Source: Sphaeroforma arctica JP610
Lineage: Eukaryota
Reading direction: 5' to 3'
NCBI RefSeq assembly: GCF_001186125.1
Contig: NW_014040555.1
Coordinates: 133,534-166,441, forward strand
DNA length: 32,908 bases
Position 1 is the first letter of the stretch. Each line of letters starts with the position of its first letter. Both the position numbers and the translations under genes were made by a program. Under the pieces are notes generated by a model, which searched no databases, was not told the origin of the DNA, and worked only from the letters and a program-made list of their open reading frames with translations. Below, one piece after another: positions 1 through 8,924 of the stretch.

Positions 1-4
1 TTTC

Positions 5-40
<36 letters not shown>

Positions 41-98
41 CATATATATATATATATAAAACATATATACATTTATATATATATATGTATTCATATAT

Positions 99-146
<48 letters not shown>

Positions 147-160
147 TGTATATCTATATA
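1..160. repeat. (TA)n/(CA)n microsatellite tract
   Basis: Nearly pure TA dinucleotide runs with interspersed CA; produces the spurious YIYIY ORF at 85-285. Confidence 0.9.
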
Positions 161-777
161 TGTGGATATGGTTTGGTGCATGGCTGAGAAGCTATAGATT
201 TGACGTCATGTGGTATCGTTTCGACGAAGGACGATGCGAGTCGCGGTGCACTGTGTATAACACACAGTACGCCAAAAACATGTGATATATAACCATACCC
301 TTGATTGCTAATTGAGTGTTGGTTCACTTGTATATTCCACGCCTCTATTCAGAGCAACTAGTTGCCGAAGCAAAAAGAACACTAGCATGTATCTTTGTTT
401 TGTAAAGAGTGGCATATGTATACCTTTCAATACTGCCTGTCTGATTTGAAGGGGGGGGGGGGGATAAATTAGTAATCGACCTACCGGTCGATACTGTCTC
501 ACCCCGTTACATGCAACTTAAATAGGAAATATTAGAGTTTATGAATCCGACTGACTCATATATGTGCATCATTCCGATTGGAAATATAAAGCCGTTCATA
601 TCTGAACGATCGGGTTTTATACTATTTAGAATAGAAAATAATTGACCATTATATCAAGCCAAGCCAAAGAACAATACACCATCTGTATTTAGTAGTTCCG
701 TATCGTTTAACACTGACTCGCCCGTTCATACTATTCAAAGTAGAAAGTAGTGTATCTTTATTATCGGTTAATCGTAG

Positions 778-3100
778 CCGTACGCACTTGCATTTGGAGC
801 AGGAAATATACCAACTCCCGACAGAATATTCACAGCTGAGGAGTTACTCAAATACGACGGACGCGATCCAGACACCCCAGTCTACATCGGCTTCAATGGT
901 TTTGTATACGATGTGGTAAGTTAGTATATGCGTGTATAGGTGTGTCTTGACATCATTTATGAAACGATTGTAGATATATATTGTTGGTATGTAGTATATA
1001 TATACCTATGTTTGCGCGTTTTTCTGTGTGTGTGTGTACAATATTTATATATATTGTACGCATAGTATATAAGATATACCCACATATATACACATTGTCT
1101 ATGTATGCTTTCGATGGTACTTTCTTCTATGTTTGTGAATGACGGAACAAAAGCTATTAGTTCGACCCTCGTACATGTTACACTCTACCGAAGTGACATC
1201 AGTAGGCATAAATTACCCTGGCGTTCGAAGTGACTTCAGTACGCATAAATTGCCCTGGCTTTCTATGTCTCTGATATATCTCCGGCAGTGAGTTTGAGGT
1301 GCTGACGGGTGCTGTGCCACAACCAACTGCTGCCGTACTCATCTCAATCGAGTGTCAGTGTCATCTGTAAATTGATATCTACTTCTGGATGCATACTAGT
1401 ATGCAACTGACTGCGTGACGGCTCCTAAAGACCAGTGCGATTGAAGAAGTACACCCCACTAAGCATTGCATAGTGTTTAGTAGTGCTGCTTATGAAGTCA
1501 AGCCATGCGTATTCCATTCCACAAAGCATTGCATAGCGTTTAGTAGGGCTGCTTGTGAAGTCAAGACGTGCGTATTCTAATCTCGCTCGTTGTGCATTGT
1601 GTACGATGGTGACTATAAATGCACGAGAAGGTACGGGTGTGGTTGTCGTATAAGTGTGTATATATTTAGTAGATCTTTGCCTGAACCATTGCTCGTACAG
1701 GTTTACTTGGTAGTACTGTGCCTTAAATTAAAGGGTTTGGTTCAGGGCTGTATCATCACACACAAACGTATTTGCTATGCGCGGTCAGTGGCACACTTCG
1801 TCACACCCTTTGGTCTGTTTATATTTTCTTTTATGTCTTCCGAGCTATCACGTCCTGTGTTTGTTGGTCACAGTACGGCCATAACCTATTTATGTGTGTC
1901 CACTACGCTCGACCGCATATCACGGCATTCAGAAGTATTTTTCGAATATAGTTCTGATCTTGATACTCTTCTTCCCGATTTGGCTATTGTATACAGAGTG
2001 CGGGTAGGCAGTTTTATGGCCCCGGTGGCGGCTACGCATTCTTTGCTGGCAAGGTACAACTCTTTATGTTTGAGTTAATGCCTGTTCATAACAGTATGTG
2101 TATTCGCAATTGGCTGTTTTTGGTTGTTCATGAGATGTTTGTTGACCCCTGGGACTTGAATCCATAGCCTATTTCCGTAGTCTGTCCTCTGTCATCCACA
2201 TTACTATAATGCAATTGGTGTCCGGCTGTGTGTTTGCAATCTAAATTGGTCCGTGTGCATGTATGTGGATTTCATTCACAAGTTAAATGTATGCGTACTA
2301 GTGTGTTTGTTTGGTGTCTGTGTGTGTATACTATTGGGGTTCCACACCGTGTAAATGCAAACAAAGTATACCGTACACACAGCTAGTATAGAGATGTGCA
2401 TTGTTATTCGCTAACAATTATGTGTTCGTTCATCCCGAGCATATGCGCACTGCACGCGACATAATATGTACAGCTGGAAGTACCGGTGTGTGTAGCACTG
2501 TACCCATAAAACGCTAATTAGTTGAGTAACAAATTGGTATGATTTGGACGGATGGTTCATAAGTCCTCAACATATATGCACTCGACATAATGAGACTCGT
2601 GTACACCCCGAGAGGGAGAAGTTAGGGAGCATTCACTACAACACACTTGACCATAAGCTTATGCATATCTTCTAATTCCTTCTAATTGGGAATGACTGGC
2701 GACATGCCGAATTCCGACACTTGTAACGTACCTTAGCATTGCTGGATCTTTGCTAACCAATTCCAATTCCCAGTCTCCATGTTATACTTGAGTCAGCACT
2801 AAGTCCACATTTTCTTTCAAAATACTTCAAATGTAGGATGCTACACGGGCGTATATCACCGGCAACTTCGCAGAAGATCTTGTTCCGAATGTCGACGGTC
2901 TAAGAGAAAATCAACTCAAAGAACTTAAAACGTGGCAAGACTTCTACGATTCACATGCCGATTATTTCCGAGTGGGAAATATGGATTATAAAATATTGGA
3001 GAGCGATACAAAACCCGAATCGGAAGAAGCGGCGGCCGACAATGCGGAAGGTGAACCAGAGATGAGTACGAAGGAAACGAAGCCGAAAAGCGAGTTATGA
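778..3100 (+). CDS. MAPR family (cytochrome b5-like heme/steroid-binding; PGRMC/neudesin/CYB5D2-like) protein, spliced, 5' end not located. Exons ~778-915, 1997-2053, 2837-3100
   Basis: Hand-spliced with GT-AG phase-0 junctions: ...PDRIFTAEELLKYDGRDPDTPVYIGFNGFVYDV | SAGRQFYGPGGGYAFFAGK | DATRAYITGNFAEDLVPNVDGLRENQLKELKTWQDFYDSHADYFRVG...KPKSEL*. It contains the MAPR signatures FTxEELxxYDG, GxVYDV, FYGPGGxYxxFAGxDAxRA and WxxFY...YxxVG. The acceptor at 777 is tentative and no start exon was found. Confidence 0.88.
1190..1259. repeat. ~36-bp direct tandem duplication (2 copies) in MAPR intron
   Basis: cgaagtgacatcagtaggcataaattaccctggc followed by cgaagtgacttcagtacgcataaattgccctggc. Confidence 0.8.
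1461..1580. repeat. ~63-bp direct tandem duplication (2 copies) in MAPR intron
   Basis: aagcattgcatag(t/c)gtttagtag(t/g)gctgctt(a/g)tgaagtcaag...tgcgtattc occurs twice in tandem. Confidence 0.8.
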
Positions 3101-3550
3101 ATAAATTAATACCAAATTAGCCTGTTTTGAACCACATTATGAACACAGGCATCTTTTAACAATTTTACTTATAAAATCATCACCGGTGTACGCGCAATTT
3201 GTAGTTTCTCACATATGATGCAAGCCTTTTGTGCTTTAAAAGTATAGCTGTCACTGACATAAACTTGACACCTTGTGGAATCTCTAACATAGCCCACCGG
3301 AAGAAAAAGATTCACACACATGTATAGGTACATGTAGTCATACATATTCGTATACACTGAATATCTCTAGACATGGAGAGTAAAGTCGAAACCTTCAATG
3401 TGCTGACAACTTCGATAGTTACCTTGTCTTTTACTATCAAGTGATCAAACAATTCACTGTCGAAATCTGTGGTGGTGTTTAATTCTTGTTGGCAGCCCTA
3501 TTTGTCTACGTTTTGCGTGTTTTCAGATTTTGGCCTGTTAAAAACGCCGT

Positions 3551-3780
3551 GTGTAACATCAAACACTTGGCTGTGTATAACATCAAACACTTGGCTGTGT
3601 ATAACATCAAACACTTGGCTGTGTATAACATCAAACACTTGGCTGTGTATAACATCAAACACCTGGCTGTGTAAAACATCAAACACTTGGCTGTGTATAA
3701 CATCATACACTTGGCTGTGTATAACATCAAACACTTGGCTGTGATAACATCATACACTTGGCTGTGTGTAACAGCATACA
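3551..3780. repeat. 24-bp minisatellite, ~9 copies (unit aacatcaaacacttggctgtgtat)
   Basis: Directly visible tandem array; produces 8-aa periodic ORFs (ITSNTWLC, FDVIHSQV) on both strands. Confidence 0.95.
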
Positions 3781-3907
3781 CTTCATACTAATTATTTATT
3801 TTGTACATCTTGGTACTTTCGGATTCTGTTTGATACGCCCTATCCATGCCATACCCATTGGCTAGACACTGCAACCAGCAATCAGAAGTAAACTGCTGAA
3901 TCATCTC

Positions 3908-5575
3908 CTATTGGTCTTCGTTTGCCTTACGTTTCTTCTGCAGTAAGAAGACTCTGCCACCCTTTCTCTTTCTCGAACCATCCCCCGCATCCCCGCCTTC
4001 CATATTTGGGTCGTCACCTTCCTTATTAGGCCGATACCTACCCTCTAACTCCTGTACAGTCTTCGCCGAACCCACAGCCTTGTGCATACTCTCGACCAAC
4101 TCATTCCTGATAGCCTCAGAGACAGGCCATTTCTTGGCTCCTGCATCGTTCTGCAGAAAAAACACGGCCGTGTCATACGAACTCACCCGATACCTCTCCG
4201 ACGGTCGCCGTTGGTGCTGCTGTCCATCGCAGTAACCATGGTTACTGGCCGTCAGAATAAGGGGCTCGTGCTTGTTGTACGCACTGTTGGAAAGCACTTG
4301 CCACATACGCACCTCCTTCCACGCCGGCACAACCACGACAAAGGAGAGGGGCTCCTTGGTCAACGATAGGAGTGCGTTAGCGTGCTCTGCCGCTGCGCAC
4401 AAAACCTCGGGGACGAAAGGTGGATTCATCTCGAAACTACCTTTGCTCGGATAAAAGTCAAAGAAACTGCCCAGACTACCAAACGGCGAATCGGTATCTG
4501 GGAAAGCCGAACAAAACTGTCCATAGCGACAGTTCAATGGTGAGGCGAAACACTCACAATCCACCCTCATCTTATCCTTGAGCACGTCAAAAGAGGCTTC
4601 GTTCAACGCTGCCTGATAACCAGCGCCGCCCAGGGCATCGTATCGAGCGAGTACACAGAACACCGCGTCTACAAACCTATCGTTATCGCTACCTTCTTTG
4701 TCTACCCACTTGCCCCCGCGTGTGCGTGCGTACAGCGACCGTAGCTTGGCTGCATGCGGTCGCGATAAGCTGAAGAACGGCTTCTTCTTCGTTCGCAGAG
4801 AATACGCCAGCAGTGCCCCTCTCTCCTCTACTTGTGCTTGGTGTGTGCTATGAGTATCATCATCATCTCCTTCGACACGCACACCTATACTTCGTAGCTT
4901 GTTCTTTACGTCAGCTTTCTTCTTCTTGGCCGGAGTGTTATTCGGCTCAGTATCCTTGTTCGCAACCACATCGCTGCCATTCGTATCCGTACTCGTCGCC
5001 GCATCCGTAATCACACCCTCATTCTCCATATCATCATCTCCTTGTACCGCAGTCTCGCTACCCTTTCCACTACCCTCTACAGTAGTATCGTTTAACTTTG
5101 CATTCAATCGCACACCCAACGCAACACACTTCGCAGCCGCCTCCTGTGCATCCTCTTCCGACAGACCCCCTAAACGCATCAAGTCCTTCTGTAACCCCTT
5201 TTCTGGGTCACTATTGGGAACTAGATACGAAACAACCGTCGCCATAGCACCGCTTCCAACATCTTCCTTTGCCCCTGATTCGCCATCGTCGTCATCATCA
5301 TCTTTAATGAAGGCAGCAGGTAAGCTCGACCGTGCACACCATCGCTCGTAAGCTAAGAGTGCGGGTACACCACATGCCTGTCGCACAGACTGTCTGAGTT
5401 TCTTGACTGCTAGCCATCGCTCCATTTCATTCAATGGCATGACAGCTAGCTTATCAGAGGAGCTTTTAACTCGGGATAAGCCTAATGCGTTCTTATACGA
5501 GGTCTTTACCGTGCTGTCCCATAGTGGGGTGTTTTGCGGCCGCTTGTTCCCGTGGAACTGCTTCTTTCCCTCCAT
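3908..5575 (-). CDS. PCIF1: PCIF1/CAPAM-like mRNA cap-adjacent N6-adenosine (m6Am) methyltransferase, 555 aa, intronless
   Basis: The C-terminal half carries the PCIF1 methyltransferase motifs LxRY...GYQAAL, ECFASPLN, FCSAFPDTDxxFGSxGSFF, GSFEMNPPF (NPPF catalytic motif), PLSFVVVVPAW, HxYxDGxQH and TxVFFLQNxAG. Basic NLS-like C-terminus (RKRK, KKRK). No WW domain is recognisable at the N-terminus. Confidence 0.9.
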   Translation of the reverse strand: MEGKKQFHGNKRPQNTPLWDSTVKTSYKNALGLSRVKSSSDKLAVMPLNEMERWLAVKKLRQSVRQACGVPALLAYERWCARSSLPAAFIKDDDDDDGESGAKEDVGSGAMATVVSYLVPNSDPEKGLQKDLMRLGGLSEEDAQEAAAKCVALGVRLNAKLNDTTVEGSGKGSETAVQGDDDMENEGVITDAATSTDTNGSDVVANKDTEPNNTPAKKKKADVKNKLRSIGVRVEGDDDDTHSTHQAQVEERGALLAYSLRTKKKPFFSLSRPHAAKLRSLYARTRGGKWVDKEGSDNDRFVDAVFCVLARYDALGGAGYQAALNEASFDVLKDKMRVDCECFASPLNCRYGQFCSAFPDTDSPFGSLGSFFDFYPSKGSFEMNPPFVPEVLCAAAEHANALLSLTKEPLSFVVVVPAWKEVRMWQVLSNSAYNKHEPLILTASNHGYCDGQQHQRRPSERYRVSSYDTAVFFLQNDAGAKKWPVSEAIRNELVESMHKAVGSAKTVQELEGRYRPNKEGDDPNMEGGDAGDGSRKRKGGRVFLLQKKRKANEDQ

Positions 5576-6024
5576 TCTGTGTCTGTAGCGTAAGATACGT
5601 GTGTATATCCTTTGTGTATATGAGGAACTACATAATACAAATATCCCGTGAGCACATATAAATCAATACCTTTCTGGAAACAAATGTATTCAAAACAAAA
5701 AAAGTGCACGTGTTTTCGTAATATTTTATCATGTACGAAGTCAAAATGTAAACACGTTGATATTTCAATATATGTTCCCTAGTATTCTCCATACCTTTAC
5801 GTATGCATATCTAGTATTGATGTATTTAAGATACATGTAGTCGCTCTCACAGGAAGTTATTCACACAGAACGTCAACTACTTTATATATTTATGATTTTT
5901 CGAATACGTCTCGGAGACGATACAAGCACATCACTTGCTATCAGCGACCTATAAAGATATAGCTCATACATTCTACATAGACGTACGGATTCATCGCAAG
6001 CTTGTCTGTACATAACCACCCACC
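5576..6024. promoter_or_regulatory. Probable bidirectional promoter between divergent methyltransferase genes
   Basis: Only 449 bp separates two divergent start codons (5575 on -, 6025 on +). Inferred from gene geometry; no specific motif identified. Confidence 0.5.
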
Positions 6025-6837
6025 ATGAGTGTTGCGGGCAACATAGACCTGGATTACTGGGAGGACTTCTTCACTGAGAAGAAGGACCAAGAATACGACT
6101 GGTACTGCACCTACAGCGCTATGGCCAAAATACTCAGGCGGCACGTAAAGAAGGGTTCCAATGTGCTTGTGATGGGATGCGGAAACTCGCCGTTCTCTGC
6201 CGATCTGTACGACAATGTACCTGACATACACATCACAAATATTGATTTCTCACCAATCTGTATCCGTTCAATGCTGATGAAACATTTACGCGCACGTCCG
6301 GGGATGAAATGGCTTGTTCAGGATTGTACGAAAATGCCAAAGATTGCTAACAAGTCGATGGACGTGGTATTGGATAAGGGGTGTGCATACTCCATGATGC
6401 GAGACAGGGGTGTGTCTGTGCGAAAGATGCTGCGACAAGTTCGGCGTGTACTGAAAACCGGTGGCATACTGAGTATGGTTACGCTTCTGACCCAGGATTT
6501 ACTGATGATATTGCTAAGCTCAAAGGAAGCGATATATAAGGGCCAGGGGTACATTAAATTCGAGCTGCTGAAACCTACGTTCAATGAGAAGCGAGAGCCC
6601 ATACAGCCATTTCACATCACAATGACATACGAAGCACCCGAGTGTGCTGAATCTGAAATGGAGGGTCAAGTGATGGAGGTTGAGGACATCTCTGAGCACC
6701 AAGAGGAGCAGAAGATTGTGATTGCATTTGAGCGTGGGGATGGGAGGGGTGTCAATGCGGGCATCGTGGAGGCTGCGTATCTGTTCTTACTTGAGGAGAA
6801 GGAACGAAGGGAAAAGGCGTGTAAAGTTGAGTCATAA
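6025..6837 (+). CDS. Class I SAM-dependent methyltransferase, EEF1AKMT4/ECE2-MT / METTL13 N-domain-like, 270 aa
   Basis: Family hallmarks: YW..FF...EYDWY..Y, motif I VLVMGCGNS, post-I ITNIDFS, WLVQD, motif II DVVLDKG, and ML..V.RVLK.GG. Confidence 0.85.
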   Translation: MSVAGNIDLDYWEDFFTEKKDQEYDWYCTYSAMAKILRRHVKKGSNVLVMGCGNSPFSADLYDNVPDIHITNIDFSPICIRSMLMKHLRARPGMKWLVQDCTKMPKIANKSMDVVLDKGCAYSMMRDRGVSVRKMLRQVRRVLKTGGILSMVTLLTQDLLMILLSSKEAIYKGQGYIKFELLKPTFNEKREPIQPFHITMTYEAPECAESEMEGQVMEVEDISEHQEEQKIVIAFERGDGRGVNAGIVEAAYLFLLEEKERREKACKVES

Positions 6838-7496
6838 GGCGGAAAGACAGTCAAGTATAAGTAACTATGTGTTAGTTACATCCGTACAATTGAGATAAAA
6901 ATCGAGTCGTCACTGAGGGCACACCAGTTACGAGACCTAATTCTCATCTTTTCCAAGCAGTGTACCTCGTATACTCCAAAAACAGCACCAAATATCTATG
7001 GGCGACTACTGGTGCCAAGACCATTGTCGGAGGCCGTGTATACCTTCCAACTCGAAGAGAAGGAATGCAGGTAAAGCGCACTTGAACACTTGTACACTTG
7101 ATTCAGAAGGTACAAGATAGTACGTATTTGTATATGTTAGTTCCACCCACACAGCCTAGAGAGAAAAAGCCAGGCAGTCTGACTACAAGTACTCGTATCA
7201 TCTTATAGTTATGAGCAAATAGAGGGGGTGATACAGCTCAGTGCAATAGAACCCCTGTCTACTCTGTTCGAGGACAACGTGTCCCTAGTACCTAATATAA
7301 AATAGCAAAGATAAGGATTATCTTATAGTCACCAACGTATAAGGTAATCTTATTCCTTTACTACCAAGAAATTAGTTATATATAGGCATAGGCTGTATTA
7401 TCCCATATTTTGTAGGTTATTAGTGCGATTTTTTTAGTCAGGGGACAGGTTATATATTTATGTATATATATATATGTATATAAAAATATATATCTA

Positions 7497-7530
<34 letters not shown>

Positions 7531-8924
7531 GCGCAAAAGAATCCTTGGCGTATGATTGGCATCCGTACTGAGCCGTACTCACCGCCAAATAGTGAGCGAT
7601 CATTCAAATAATATCCGTCATTGATGTGCACGGTACTCCGTCTCAAATTCTTAGTGCCGACAGTGGTCTAACCAAACATATGTGCAGATACATTAGGCTT
7701 GCTGACTGATAATCATAAGTATACTAATTGGATCGAGTTTTACACCCTTGCCCGTGATCATATAAGCAGCACGCATTAAATTTGTATATTGTAAAACCCT
7801 ACTTTCAGGATCGCCACCGACCGGGTTGCCACAGTGGTTTAAATTTTGCAAGTCACCCGGACGAAAACCCCTGTGAATGTTGGTGAGCAGATTGTATCTC
7901 GAGTTTTTCTCCAACCTTTGTCTAAAAATCAACATATACTTGGAACGTCTAGCAAATGTAAGTTGAGAGCAGGGTTTTATCAGTACGCTCGTTTTGAGAA
8001 GGCCACCTTTTACGGCGTCGGAGAAATTTTAGAGGAGCAAACGCAGCCCATGGCAGGCCTGCAGTCATACTAGTGATATACTCATCACTATCGCACAAAT
8101 CGGAGTTTGAATCTGAAGATACAAACGAATACTCTTTCGCTTGAATGGAAGTTACACGTGTCAGAAATGGCAGTAAAGAGAGATACTCGCACATGTAAAT
8201 TATACTTGTCAGCAAGGGTAGTGAAGATACCTACGAGAGTACGTCAAGTTGAAATACGACAACTGAACTAGAGCTTGCACTCGCACAGGATTGTATTTAA
8301 TTTATACGAGTAAATTCTCCATTTACAGAAAAACCTGTGGACACTAATACACCAGTAAGACGTATTTTAACACATGTTTAGTCTATCTACAGAAGACCAT
8401 GGCACTGACTTTAATATTTTCAAGTGTAAATGTACACACGCACGAGGTACGAACTGTGTTCATTGTTATACAAGCAGCTCTACTATGGAGGTGATACACA
8501 TTAGATACTGAGTCCTCCGTGTTCATTGCAACTTCAACTGACTCTTCCTCCGAAGCCAGTAGTGGTAAGTAGTCGACTTTGTCACTATATATCGCATTCG
8601 CGTCTCCTTCAGATACTGGCTGGTGTATGATGCAACATAGGCTTGTTATGGTGTTGTGACGTCGATCAAAGATATTTTTGCGCACTGCATTATATTTTCT
8701 ATAGCGTACTCAGTATCACACGAAGCGCTTGAATACTATATTGTCTCCTCATTTTAGGGGTTTTAAAATTGGCAAGAGCATCGCATAACTCGTGAATTTG
8801 GAATCCTTTGACGCCTATATTGCACCTGTACAACGACTACCACATGTTGTCCTCTCTATTCGCCAAACTCGAAAGAATCGCTCAATTCTCTAAATTTCGT
8901 GGATTTACGATACGTACCACTTGT

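Noticed and set aside
1590..2078. 162-aa ORF as an independent gene
   Set aside because: No recognisable motifs. It lies mostly in the MAPR intron and overlaps the real 57-nt exon (1997-2053) in another frame.
3551..3780. Possible CRISPR array or repeat-protein gene
   Set aside because: The units are contiguous with no unique spacers, there are no cas genes and the context is eukaryotic. The periodic ORFs are by-products of a 24-bp unit.
6961..7070. Candidate extra exon (cag|...|gtaaag) downstream of the methyltransferase
   Set aside because: The upstream ORF already ends in a stop, and no recognisable peptide or partner exon was found.
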